A stretch of DNA of 53,328 nucleotides, counting the filler, from Jimgerdemannia flammicorona (taxonomy: Eukaryota), in NCBI GenBank assembly GCA_003990765.1. It is 2 parts of 2 records of this genome, joined end to end, with 100 filler letters (N's around TTAATTAATTAA, not from the genome) between each part and the next. Parts side by side here need not be neighbours in the genome. Positions count along the whole stretch, not along the records: positions 1 to 26,615 come from RBNJ01000712.1; 1 more part is not named here. The stretch is one strand, 5' to 3'. The notes beneath the pieces are model-generated. The model was not told the DNA's origin, made no database searches, and saw nothing but the letters and a program-made list of their open reading frames with translations. A program made the translations under genes and the position numbers. This document shows positions 1 to 13,243 of the stretch, in pieces. Each line of letters starts with the position of its first letter. Positions within the stretch are counted from its first letter, which is position 1.

Positions 1-239
1 AAAATAATAAATTTAATATTTTTAAATATCTCTAATATAAAACTATAATATATTATAATATAAAATATATTTATTTAGAGTATTTTTATTTAAATAATTA
101 AAATATAAAATTTAATAAAATATTAGTTCAGTTTTGAAATATACTATATCAATATTCTTAGTTCTAAACAAAGTCTCATTCTAGACTCTGAATCTAATAT
201 CTACTATATTACTATATTTTACTATCATCTTCTTCACTC

Positions 240-1095
240 TCTTTCTTATCTCAATTACTATCACTAGATATCTTCTTTACTAGAAGCTGGACCATTCTTG
301 GGTCTTATCTTAAGTACTATACTATCAGTATCACTATCTCACTAAAAGTCAACCTAGTCTTCAAGGTCTTCTTCAATGGCCCTGTCTTCTTGAAACTTAC
401 CTCAACTTTCTCTAACCCTCTCAGGAACTTTACTGTAGCTATCTTAGTTATCTACTTTATAATTAACTCTAAAACTATCTTTGTTATCACTATTAGTTCC
501 TAAAAGTACAATATGATAATAAATTCCAAGATCAACTTCTTGAGTAATAGAGCCACTATCAGGCTTATCATACTATCTACCAGATCTATTTTTTTCTCAT
601 TTCATCTGCTCAGCCCTGTCATCAGCAGTCCTATCTGGATTTTTTTTCAGATCCTCTCATTATACTTCTATTAGCTATCACATCTTTACCCCCAACAGTA
701 GTCCTATTAGCTCCTATGCTCACTTTGCTTGCCATTGACTCACTAGATCCTCCAGTATTTACTATTCTCTTTGCTCTAGTCTTGTTAGCCTAAGTATCTC
801 TAGGCTAACTCTCTGTCTTCACCTTATTAGTAAAACTCACCAGCCTCTGCCTCCTACTACTCTTAACCAGTAATCAACTTCTACCCTACTCTTTTTATCT
901 ATTTCCACTACTGAAAAACTCTATCTCTATATTATAATCTCTTCTAACATATTGTCAGTCAAAGGCCCCAGATTTACCTAATTTAGTATACTTATTAGAT
1001 TATTTATTGATTGTTATATTTCTATTACCTCTTTTTAATAAACTACTCAAAAGTATATTGTGAGGTTTATATAATATAAATATTAGTAGAGAAAG
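240..1095 (-). mobile_element. Heavily decayed LINE relic (5' UTR and ORF1 start), same family as 45142-49956
   Basis: Reverse complement of ~990-1095 (ctttctctactaatatttatatt...) aligns by eye with the LINE 5' end at 45142 (ctttctctgctataatttacatt...). 240-960 matches ORF1 segments at ~39500-40230. Very TA-rich with no open frame. Confidence 0.75.
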
Positions 1096-1124
1096 ATATA
1101 GACTTCACTTTTTCTAGGTATTTT

Positions 1125-2760
1125 TACTGATCTATCTCTTCCAACTCCTTGGTAGCCAGCTCATTCATCATTATATTCATCTAGTATAAATCACTAATAT
1201 GTTTTTCACTCAGAGTTATTAGCCTCTTCTCTCAGCAAGATAGTATTAGTATATATCAGTACTAGCTGACTTATTTCACTTCTTCTCTGAGATATCTTGT
1301 AGCTCATCCTTCTCTACTCTGATTATCTACTCCCTTTTAACTATATCTAATACTCCAAACTGAACTCTGAGCATACTCCTTATCTCTATATTCTTTACAA
1401 ATCTCCTTTTATAAATATTATCTATATCAGATATTTCTTCTTCTTCTCTCAGACCTCAAGTATACTATTATTATAAAGTTGCTGATCTCACACCTCTCTG
1501 CTCACTGCCAAATCAACCTCCTTCTCTTCTACTCTATTACTAGTTCAAATACTTATCTTTATCTCTTCTGAACTCTCTTTTGTCCTTAGTGTCACCTTTT
1601 CTTTCAGACTAGTCAATAGATCCCTCTACTGTTTTCTTCTCTAAGCCTTCTTCTATAAGCCTTCTTCTATATTATCTTATCTATATAAATTCTCTTATTA
1701 TTTATTATCTTCAGATGCATCAAAGCTATAAAGTCTATTATACTATTATATATCTCTCTGCTACTCTACTAAGTTTCTCTAGAGCCTCTACCAAATTCTT
1801 CTCCTCTTTCTTACTATCTTTTATTCTTATCATCTTATAAATAAAGATATTCTATACTAACAATAATGGCCAATTTCTGGTTCTCTCTCTCTACAAGTTA
1901 GAGTCAAATATTCATATTTCTCATCCTGAATAAGATCTTCTCTCATACTCTGAATCTAATATCTATAACTTTACCATACTCTCTTATAATCTCCTCAATT
2001 CTTCTCCTTATTTCAACAGTCATTACTATAAGAACTCCTTTTATCAGAAGCTATACTACTCTTAGATCCTACCTTAGATACTGAGCCATTAATACTACTA
2101 TCTTATCAACTAATAACCTAGTTCTCATAGCCTCCACTAATGACCTCTTCTTCTCAAACCCTATCTTACTCCTCTCTAGCTCATATAGAAACTTCACTAT
2201 AGCTACTTCAGTTATCTAATTAGCAATTAGACCTAAGACCATCTTTATCATTACTACTAACTCCTAGAAGTACAGAGATACTATAAATTCTAATATTGAC
2301 TTTTTGAGTAATAAAGCTATTATTAAATCTATTATACTATCTACTAAATCTATCTTTTCTATATATTCCATCTGCTCTATCTTACTATCAATAGTTATAT
2401 TTGGATTTTTTTTCAGATTTATCCTAACTCTGCTATCAATAGTTATACTCTATCTCTCAGTAATAGTCTCTTCAGTTCTTACACTAGCTCCTCCAGTCAT
2501 TGATCCTTCAGTTCTCTCTATACTTATCATATCCTATTCCTCAGACCTACTATCTCAAATACTCTCAGACTAACTATCTATCTTTATCTTAGCAGTAAAG
2601 CTCATTAACTCCTACTCTCCACTACTCAGGTTGGATAGTTAATCTCTATTAGTTCTATTCTATCTACCAGTATCACCAAAAGAGCTCATCTCTAAGCCAC
2701 AGTTTCTCTTAATATATTGCTAGCTAAATGCTCCAGGTCTACTTAATTCAGCTTATTTAT
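1125..2760 (-). mobile_element. Second heavily decayed LINE ORF1 relic
   Basis: Collinear similarity to 38630-40250, e.g. ccaactccttggtagccagctcattcat vs cccaactccttagccaccatgttgttcat, and the shared tggattttttttcagat motif. Confidence 0.75.
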
Positions 2761-2771
2761 TAAAATACTTA

Positions 2772-3700
2772 TTTTTTTTTTTTTTTAATAAACTCAGAGT
2801 TTGGTAGATTTTTATTAAGAAAAAACCTAGACCATATAGACCAAACCTCTTCCCTACTCTCTCTCAAATACGATATCTCTATTAAATCTAGACTAGCTAT
2901 TGTCCAGCAGCTCAATCATACTAGGTACAGCAGAGCTTATAATAGCCTATATCTCATTCTATATACTATGCTCTTTCTATTATCAGAGAATAAGAAACTA
3001 TATACTAATAACTAAAGAAGTATATCTAAAACCTCAATATATATAAGACTATATATATCTGAGCCAATTTATATAGTCTTTACTACTATAAGTAGAGTGA
3101 CAGATAAAGAAAAACCTCTCTCAAAGTACAGAATGGTAGATAGAATCTGGTTTTCTCTAATGAGATAAGTAGAGAACTTATATATAAGATAAAAGAAGAC
3201 CTCAAATACTCTACTACTCAAGTCTATAGATCTTGATTATATTATTATATCAGCTCTCAGTTCTAGTTAAATATAGCTAAGATATCTGATCTAAATAATC
3301 TCAGACCTCCTAACTATCTCTAATAATCAGAGTCCAATCTTATATATTATCAAAAGTAGCTAAAAGTAATATCTACTATCTAACTACTCTATATCAATCA
3401 GAAGGTCCTACTGATATACATAGTACTCACCTCTGTCTCAATAACTATCTCTAGTCTAGTACTTAACTAATTTATTATAATTAATCTTTCTTTTATCTAA
3501 AATAGCTATCTCTTCTTCTATCTCAACTCCACTCAAAAAATAGTCACCTATATCAGAACTATACTTACTAAGAAGCTCATCAAAGCTCAGAGAACTTTAT
3601 AATAGATACTGAGAACCTATAGATAACCTATACTAATACTTAATATCTAAGATCAGCTGACTCTCTATATAGTCTATGATATATCAAGTTAATATCTTAT
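2772..3700 (-). mobile_element. Possible 3' end of another decayed non-LTR element (poly-A tail on minus strand)
   Basis: Poly-T run at 2772-2786 followed by CpG-free, strand-biased decayed coding-like sequence. Family not recognised. Confidence 0.3.
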
Positions 3701-4949
3701 TGATAATAGTAAAAGAAAGAAGATACTATACTAAAATAAATATATTTCAGATATAACTAAAGATATTAGAAACTGTGAAAAAGTAGAGAAAACACTAATT
3801 TAATATCAATTGAGAGGTAACTTATCATCAATACCTCTCTCTCACTACTCTGCAACAGATATAGTAAACCAATCTGAGGTAAAAGAAGTATAAGTTATGG
3901 AAAAGAGACTTGAAAAATTATCTACAAAATCTTATATATAACTGATAAGATAGTAGAGAAAGGAGTGATTAGAATACTTATTTATTGATATATATATTAT
4001 TAATATCTTTTTCTAGAAAATAGTATAAAAAGTATTAAAAGCTATTTATATAATATCAATTATACTGAAAAAAAGAGTATAGAGCTTGTATATTTAGTCT
4101 ACTTGTCAGACTAAGTTTGAAGATTTATCATTAAGTTCTAATAAAAAAACTTTACTTTGTTTGAAATATTTTAAAAATTTATCTAGAATAAAGTATTAAA
4201 TATTTTATCACTTTTTAACAAAGTAACTATTAGCTTAAGTTAATTTATATAACTATTCTATCTTATAATTTATCTTTATTAAGTTAGTATATTATAATAT
4301 AATAGTTTTATAATTTTATATTAAAAGTTATATTTCTTAAATAATTATATAATAATAATAATAAATATATAATTAAAAAATATTATTTTAAATATATATT
4401 TGCTCAATATATAAATATAATTAAATATAATTAAATCTTAAGTCTAATATTACTAACTATATATAATAAAATTTTAAATAGTTTAATATTATTTAATATA
4501 CTAATTTATAACTATAATATAAATTTTTTTATTTTTTTTTATAAAAGAATTTTTATTTTATATTATTTATTATAAAAATAAAATATAAGATCTTTTATAT
4601 TTAAATAATGATTAATTTTATTAATATATTTTATTTATAATTAACTATTATTTTATAAGTTAATGATATTATAGTCTATACTTTAATATATTTTAAAAAT
4701 ATAATAAATATATATATTATATATATTATAATAAGATAATAGAGAAATATATCATATTATTATCAAAATTGGTTATTATAATTTAACTATATATTATATC
4801 AGATACATTAAATAACTAAGACTGCTCTATTGTACTAATTTATATAAATAAACCAAATAGCAAAATAAGGGTAGAAAGTATTTCTAGTTAGTATATCATA
4901 TCAGAATTTGAGATTTATATTTCTAACAGAAATAATTAAATATTATCAG

Positions 4950-5745
4950 AAATAGTAATCTATAGTTAACTATATAGTAATTAGATAGTAACTAATTCTA
5001 TAAAATACCAGAAATAAGAGTGAATAAACCTCAGTCTAAAAATCAAAGTAAAAGCTAATTGTCTAATATACTTAGAAAGAGAAATCTGCCAAAAAGTCAC
5101 TACTAAAAAGTTGTGAGCTATTTTTTACTCTGGTCTATTTTTCAATATAAAGAAGAAGTCTATCTATACAAAGTTAGTCTGTATAAGATATATCTTTATA
5201 GTGAACTTAGTTTATATAAATAAACCAGTTTTTGACACAACTTTACTTACTTGTTATATTTTTGATTTATATACTAGATAAGCCTAAAGAATTTGAGAAG
5301 TCTGTTATATTTTAGTATACTTACCAGACTAAGTCTGAGTAATATTGCCAAGTAATCTACTATTAAAAAAAATCTATTATTTTTAAAAGAAGTTCACCAA
5401 TTCAGAAAGATTTTATATTATCTAAGTTATCTAAGAAGTTTGCTAATTCATAAAGAATCTATATCAATCTAGCAAACTACTGATTCAGGAAGAATCTATA
5501 TCTTCTGAGTTATCTACTTTATTCAAGAAGTCTACTGAAATCACTATATTACACCAGACTATCTAATTAGAAAAACTACTAAAATTATCTATTATACAAA
5601 TAAGAAAACTCACTTAAGAATCTAGTATTGTCTTTATATTAGAAACTATTGAACATTTTATTGCTTTTTAACAAAGTAACTAGATGTTCAAGCTATTTTA
5701 CAAGTAGCTTCAATCTTGTAATCTATCTCTATTGAGCTGATATAT
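4950..5745 (+). repeat. Dispersed non-coding repeat, copy A (other copies 40960-41650 and partial 4090-4300)
   Basis: Shared blocks gtgaataaacctcagt, aagttgtgagct, tactctggtcta, aatataaagaagaagtctatct and acaaagtaactaga...attgagct. Internal repeats of a tctacttaccagactaagtct-like motif. Confidence 0.8.
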
Positions 5746-6008
5746 TTTATTTAGAGGCTCAACTGGAAGATTTTTTTTAAATCTATAACCAATAGTCAAA
5801 CTAGATATATTTCATACAATATTAATCTCTATTACTATAGAAGAATGAGTTATTACTAGTATTTGAACAGGAAGAGAAGTAATTGTCTCAAGACTTGCCA
5901 ATTATCTAATATCTGAAGAATTCTAACCAGAAGTCAATATAGTACAAAATTCTCAACTAGTACTAACAGACTTATCACCAGAAGACCTGACCCAACCAGA
6001 TTAACTAG

Positions 6009-7544
6009 TGTAATGGTGACCCCAGAATGATGACATCAGTACAGGAGACAGCCTTTCCTTGCAAGCCACCAGATCGGAGCACAAGAAGATCATACGGTAT
6101 ATGAGATGAGTAATGATGACCAACTGTGAGTTATTGTGACCACAATATAAGCATCTTGAAGAATATAAAAGAAGGATCAAGAAACCACAGTAGCAGCAAC
6201 CAACAAGAACCACCAATCCCAAAATAGCTCAAAGACTTACCACAAATGAAATGCCTGCTGCCTGCCAAACCTCAAGGTCAAGGAATCATCAAGACACCTC
6301 AGTTGAAGAAAGGATGTTCTAAGACATCAGAAGAGCCATGGGGACCCACTCAAGAAGGACTCCTAGTATCAACCTGGGTACTGCAGACCCTTATTACTTT
6401 ATTCTCTACTGCTATGAAATAGAAACAAGGATCACCATTGCTACCGAATGCCTTCAAATGTGGCAGGAGTATGAAATAAGAAACCTCCTCTGCTGGGAGT
6501 TCCCACAGGCTAGTACTTAAGAGCTACAAGATGCCACTTCCATGGATATACGCGAAATAAGGATAGCTAAGAAGATCCATCAGATCTTCAGGCATGCACC
6601 ATGGTTGATCCCCAACTTAGAGTATGTTAGAGTCTCGGATTTCAGAGACCTGTCATCCTGCTGTATCAATACACTAAAAGCCAAGGTGGCTACAGAAGCC
6701 CAGTCCACCATCACCCTCAATAGTGAAGAAGTAGAAGACTTCTGACATCCCATCCTTCAGGACAATCCAGACCAATTCCTGCAAGGATTGATCTCAGTAT
6801 TCCAAGGCCCAAGCATCTAGGTTAGATCTCCCCAAGACCCCACATTTGTCTCCTATTTTGTGGAAGAGAACTATATAGACTAGAGAGCTCCAGATCTTGT
6901 TCCTGATTTCCTTGCCACCAAATGTGATGATGTCATTGGTGATGATGTCATCCCACATGACATCGACATATGCGAAGTATGTGAACTGCATGATGACAAA
7001 TTCACAGATCTCATCTCTTTCAGTGATGATGATGATGAAGCCCCTATGGTCCTGAACTTTCTGCTCTAAGTTCTTTATTATACTGGATAATGCCAGCACC
7101 GGTATTCTCATGTAACACTGGATAATGCCAGCACCAATATTCTGAGGTAATGCAGAATTGTTCCAGCACTGGTATTTTGATGTCACACTAAATAATACCA
7201 GCATCCTGAACCTGTACAACCATCAGTGCCAACCCTGGAACTTAGTAGTTTTAGTTATTGGAATTTATATTTAGCTTTATATCTTAGCAACCATTGAATT
7301 GTATTTTGTATAAATACCTCTCTTATTTCCTCTGAAATAAAGTCAGTCAAGTTCACCTATACACACTTCCTTGCAAGCAATCTAAGAGATAACAAGACAG
7401 TTAAAGATATGAAGTTTGAGAACTATAAGACCTTGGGAAGGTACTCCAATAAGAACTTGCTTATAACAAACTTGAGTTAGTCTAAGAGATATATCTTGAA
7501 GAGAATCTGGCATATTTGAAGGACTCAGTGACCACTATGTGACA
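6009..7544 (+). repeat. 5' LTR of element 1 (1536 bp)
   Basis: Starts TG and ends CA, followed by ACT+TGG. TATAAATA at 7309, AATAAA at 7336, ~35-bp tandem repeats at ~7082-7205. The first 186 bp recur after the PPT at 13244. Confidence 0.85.
6251..7069 (+). pseudogene. Decayed ~272-codon ORF inside U3 of LTR 1, homologous to the LTR ORF at 50141-51292
   Basis: Single frame from ATG 6251 to TAA 7067 with five internal stops (TAA 6320, TAA 6518, TGA 6743, TAG 6818, TAG 6881), all explainable by C>T/G>A. Acidic C-terminus. Motif matches to the 383-aa ORF. Confidence 0.75.
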
Positions 7545-7600
7545 ACTTGGTACCCATTGGCTAGTGATTCAAGATGAATCTCTCACTTACAAGCTGAAAA

Positions 7601-10600
7601 ATGAACAACCCCTACAACAACTACTCTGACTACCAGAGTCACCCCTGCAAGAATACAAGACAAGATGGAAATATATCCCCCCACATTCTATGGATATACT
7701 ACTGAAGAGTCAATTCTGACCTTCATTGAAGACTTTGAACAATTCACCACCATATAAGCCCTTGGTGTGGATGCACAATTGGCCCTTCTACCAGTCAGCC
7801 TTAGAGGACCTGCCAGAGACAAGTTCAATGCAGCCACCATTGCTGATGCTGGTACAGCCAAACTTGCCAACATGAAGGCCTTCCTCAGAACAACATATTA
7901 TATCAAAGAGATCAAGCAAGCTCTCAAGGACCAACTCAATACTATCTGTCAGAGACTTAGTGAAGATCCCAACTCATTCTATATCTGAATTTGCCACCAG
8001 ATTGTCTTGGCTGACTATGATGACTGCCTCAAGGAACAAATAGCAGATTCAACCTTCCTCAAAGGAGTTCACCCTGAAATTGCCCTAGCAATCTGGTCTA
8101 CCCCAGCTATACTGACCCTTGATCAGAAAGTGGTCTTTGTACAGAGATATTGGACTGCCAGACACCCTGCCGAACACTCAATGGAGAAAATAACTAGCAT
8201 CAAGATGGAGTCAACAAAGCCAACTAGTATCATACCTGCCATAGTTATAAACAGACAATCAACCCCACCTACCCCCAAGACAGTCAAAGCTGACCCAGTG
8301 GAAGAACTCACCAAGTAGTTTGCCAAGATGACTGCACACCTTGGTGATATTGTTAGAGAAGTCCAAAGCACCAACAGGAGACCAGTGCAGAGATTTGCAG
8401 CCACTACAGAAGAATGCAATATCACATGCTTCAGATGTGGAGAAGAAGGCCACTATGTAAAGAGTTGCATGACTGAAACAAGATGCAAAGCCCAACCAAG
8501 CAATGTTAGCAGAACTAGAGAACAAACCAATGCAGTAGTCATTGAGGAGATTGGTGACACTGATGATAAAGAATACTACAAGGAGCTTGAATTCTACCCT
8601 ACTACTGAAGGTACCAGAACCCAGTCCAAGCCCTATGACAAGAAGGGCAATAGCAAGCCAGTTGGAAGACCAAAGAAGACCCCAACTGTCACTATTCAAA
8701 GTAAGACCCAATCCGAGGAGATTGATCTAGACATAGAGTTAGATGAAGCTGCTTGCCAAATTATCGAAGGCACTACTCCAGTCTCAGGAGAAAGTGAAAG
8801 CAAGAAGGAACAGAAGCTGTACAAGACCAAGATCCACCAGTATGATATCTACAAGGACCTCAAGAAACAGAAGGTCAATGCCACTTTTGGACAGCTAGCT
8901 GAAGTTCCTGCCTTCAGACAGCAGTTGAGAGTAGAACTTGCAACTACTGCCAAGAATCAAGAGTACAAGATTGTAGAAGCTCACAATGTACAGGAAGAAT
9001 CTGAGAACTCAGATAAAGAATCCAAAGACCAGCACAAGACATCAGCCTATACCCTATGTCAGATTGAAGACTGTATCTTTGATGCTATCATTGATACTGG
9101 TGTTGGAGGATGCCTCATGAGCAAGAAGATAATTGACTGCCTAGGTTGGGACATTGAAGAGTCCACTAAGATGGTCTATGTCACAGCAGATGGTACACGA
9201 GCTACCCCCCTTGGCAAAATCTGAGAAGTCCCCATCAAGATAGGAGGAGCTACCATTCCAGTAGATGTGATTGTTACAAGTGCCACTAACTATAACATCC
9301 TCATTGGCAACCAATGGCTTCACAAGGCCAAGGCCATCATTGATCTCAATGCCCAGAAGATGCAGATTAACTATAGAGGAAGAAAGGTATGAGTCTCTAT
9401 CAATATCCACAAAGGAGTCCTACCAGACATGGAGGAAGGAGATGAAGAGGATACAGAGGTCTTCATATACTTAGTGAACAAGAACAAGAGCAAGACACCC
9501 AAGCTCACAGATGAGCAGTGGTACAACAAGATCATTGATGGCTATGCCCCTCAAGGAAGATGCCCCCATGGTACTAGGATGTACTGCTCCAAACACCTGA
9601 ATGACTGCTGGTCCTGTATCAGTGAAGTCAGGAAAATCCACCAATAGAAACATAAGCAAGAAGCCGCCGAAGCAAAAAGGAAAGCTGAAGAAGATGACCA
9701 GCCCCCAGAGCTTCAAGCTGACAGTGATGATGAGGAGGAACAAGAATCAGACATCATCCTTAAGGTCAAGAAGTTTCACTCTGAAGCCAAGATCCCAGAA
9801 TATAAGACTGAAGGAGCCATAGAAATGGACCTTGCCAGCATTCAAGATGCTACTCTCGAACCACAAACCACCACCCTACTTGGCACTGGAATTGGAGTCA
9901 AGTTACTAGAGAACTATGCCAGAATTATCAAGACCAGGAGCAGTCTGGCCAAAAGCGAAATCTCAGTTAAAGGAGGAGTAATTAACCCTGATTACACTGG
10001 CAAGATCTTCCTCATAGTCAGGAATCACAACCACACCACTCTCTTCGAAGTCAAGAAGTATGACAGGATTGGCCAGATGCTGATCCACGAAATCAAGAAG
10101 TCCAAGATCATTGAAGCCATTGAACTCATCAAGACCAAGAGAGGAGAACAAGACTTTGGATCTACTAGAAGAGGAGCCTATGCTGCCACCAAGATTACCA
10201 AACTTGAGCACAAGAAAGACAAGGACCAGAACAAGCACACATATATCATTGGAGAAAAGTTTCTCCTAGAGGAACAACTCCTCAAGATCTTGTACCAGAA
10301 CAAAGAAGTACTTGCTACAGACTTCAGAGATATCCACAATCAAGAACCCAAGTACTACCATGAAGTTGACACTAGTGATACCAAGCCCATCTACCAGAAA
10401 GTCAGACCCATACCACCTGCCTACAGAGAATGGCTGTGAGCAGAACTCAAGAAAATGGAAGAAGCTGGAATCATCAAGCAAGCTATCAGTCCCTGGGCCT
10501 CACCCATTGTCCTTGCCCTGAAGAAAGGAAGCAAGCCTGGAGAGTTTGTACCAAGACTCTGTATTGACTACAGGAAGCTCAATACCATTACCAAGAAGGA

Positions 10601-11690
10601 TAGGCAGCTCTTGCCAAATATTCAAGAGATTCTTACCACTCTTGGAAGTGAAGCCAAATACTACACTACCTTGGATCTGTTCTCAGGCTTCCATCAGATT
10701 GGTCTCACTCAAGATACCAGTGAGAAATCAGCCTTCATCACACCTGACGCCACCTATATCTATCTGCGAATGCCATTTGGAATGTGCAATGCCCCAGCAA
10801 GTTTCCAGTGAATGATGAACAGAGTCTTCAGCAATGAGATTGGAAAATGGCTCTTTGTCTATGTTGATGATGTGATTATCTTCAGCAACACTACATGGGA
10901 ATATATCAATCACATACAGCTAGCCCTCAAGAAGCTCAAGGAGCATGGCCTCTACATCAAGCCTAAGAAATATAAGTTTGCAGCTCAGGAAATCGCCTAT
11001 CTAGGACACCTCATCAACCAGACTGAAATCCACACAGACCCTATGAAGATCGAGGCTGTTGCAGCCTACCCAAGACCCAGAACAACCACAGAAGTCCACG
11101 CCTTCCTTGGACTGGCCAGCTATTACAGAAGATTCATCAAAGGATATTCCAACATTACAGTACCTATCTATGAGCTACTGAAGAAGGAAACCAAATTTGA
11201 ATGAACCAAGGAGCACCAAGAAATCTTCAATGAACTCAAGACCAGGTTGACCCAAGCACCTATCCTCAGAAGACCAGACTGGAACCTAGAATTCATCCTG
11301 CAGACAGATGCGAGTGCTATAGGACTTAGAGCAGTCCTAGCTCAGAAGAAAGATGGACATGAATATGTCATCTCTTATGCAAGCTGAGGTACCCATGGAG
11401 CAGAACAAAACTACAAGTCATGTAAGCTCGAATGCTTAGCAGTAGTTTGGGCAGTAGATAAGTTCCACTACTACCTAGCTGGAAAACACTTCACCATTCA
11501 AACAGATCATTCTGCTCTTGCCTGGCTATTTCACACACTGAACCTCAAAGGAATATATGCCAGATAGATCTACAGACTGCAAGAGTATGACTGTACTATC
11601 AAGCACCACTTAGGAAAGACCAACACCAATATCAATGCACTCTCAAAGATACTCTGAAACACCCCCATCAAGACTATTCAACATGAATAA
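7601..11690 (+). pseudogene. Gag-pol of element 1: gag, CCHC knuckle, aspartic protease, Cys/His module, dUTPase, RT, RNase H
   Basis: Same-frame ORF fragments: CFRCGEEGHYVKSC knuckle; AIIDTG protease; dUTPase motifs RSSLA, GGVINPDYTGKI and RGEQDFGST; RT SPWASPIV..CIDYRKLN..MPFG..YVDD; RNase H FILQTDAS..TDHSAL..NALS. Many premature stops. Start approximate. Confidence 0.9.
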
Positions 11691-12888
11691 GGAGCTATAC
11701 TATAGATTAATCAGCTACCTTGAGCAGTGGAAGATGCCCAACCACCTCGAACTCTGGACAATCACCATCATCAACTGGACTTGGAAATAGTTTGAACTAG
11801 ACAACACTACACTCAGAAAAGAAGGAAAGCTAGTAATACCTGAACACAAGAAGTATCAAGTAATGAAGGAAGTATATGAGCAAGGATACTTAGGAGGAAC
11901 CAATACATATGACAAAGTAAGAAGAATTATGTGGTGGCCCAAGATGGAAGAAGACCTGCACCAATTTGTCAAAGGGTGTGACAAGTGCCAAAAACAGAAA
12001 TAAGATCAGCAAGACCAGGCACTCAGGTCATCAATAATTGAGCCTATTCTCTTCCACCACATTGTAATGGATATCATTGGACCACTACCAGTAATACTAT
12101 CAGAAAACTGCTATATTATAGTTATTGTAAACCTCTTCACTAAATGGATAGAGGCAGGAGCATTACAAGAAGCCAATGCCCTCTCTATAGCCGACTTCCT
12201 GCACCAAGAAATCATCTGCCACTACAAGACACTGAAGCAAATCACAACAGACCACAGAATGGAATTTGTCAATAGATTCTACAAGATAATGTATCAGAAA
12301 TACAAGATCCAGCACATCAAGACCACCACATACCACTCTCAAGAAAATGGAGAGACAAAGAGAACTAATAAGACCCTCAAGAACATCCTAACAAAGATCT
12401 CAGAGACATATGAGAATTGGGATAACTATCTCCCAACTGCCCTCTCTGTTCTATGAGACATATGGTCACAGAGTACACACTTTACCCCAAGGGAGCTGCT
12501 CTTCGGAGAAGAAGATTCTGATGGAACCTCAGCCACAAATCTAGATCTAACTTGGAGACAGGTTGATGCAGAAATCCAGAGACTACACCAAATCAGGGAG
12601 AAGGCTGAAGATTATATCACTAAGTCACAAGTACTGATAAGGAAGAATGCAGAAAAGAATCACAAGACCCTAGAACCCATCCAAATTGGAGAAAAGGTTC
12701 TACTGTATTGAAATATGGTAGAAGTCTCATGGTCATGAAAACTGGAGCCTAAATGGGAAGGACCCTTCTATATACAAGATATCAAGGGAACTACCTTCTG
12801 GCTTAGAAAAATCTCAGAGACCATACTGCCTACTATGGTATATAGGAACAGACTCAAGAAGTACTATGAACCTATACAAGAGAAGTAA
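11683..12888 (+). pseudogene. Integrase of element 1 (own ATG, different frame from RT-RH)
   Basis: MNKELYYRLISYL..., zinc-binding region WWPKM..CDKCQK, core MDIIGPLP..FTKWIEA..ITTD..ENGETKR, and GPY/F-type KWEGPF. Stop at 12886-12888. Confidence 0.88.
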
Positions 12889-13243
12889 AATGTGATGATC
12901 GCCTGTGAGGTTCTAGTCCATGAATCATAACAGCATGTCCTGTGACCAGCAGGCTATCTGTCTGGACCATTCTCTAAAGGATACGGCATTAGCAACTACT
13001 CATCCATGAGACTTTTGAAGTTAGAGGAGTTCGAACCGTCAACTGATTGGTCAAGATCAGAATCAGACCCTTGCTCTATATAAAGAGAGTGACTCTTCAC
13101 CATCATGCCAAAATACAAAGAGAAGATGCCAGTCCATAAATATCACTTTTCAACCCCTTGCCAGAGGTTATGAGATCAGCAAATTTTTCAGGACTGGACC
13201 AATAAATAAGGATGCTCAGGAAGATCCTTATTCAGAAGGAAGA

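Noticed and set aside
5869..5890. Purine tract followed by TGTCTC as an alternative start for LTR 1
   Set aside because: Homology with the 3' LTR begins exactly at 6009/13244 and does not extend upstream.
12889..13233. Possible extra ORF between integrase and PPT in element 1
   Set aside because: Short, with several stops in the best frame and no homologue in the window.
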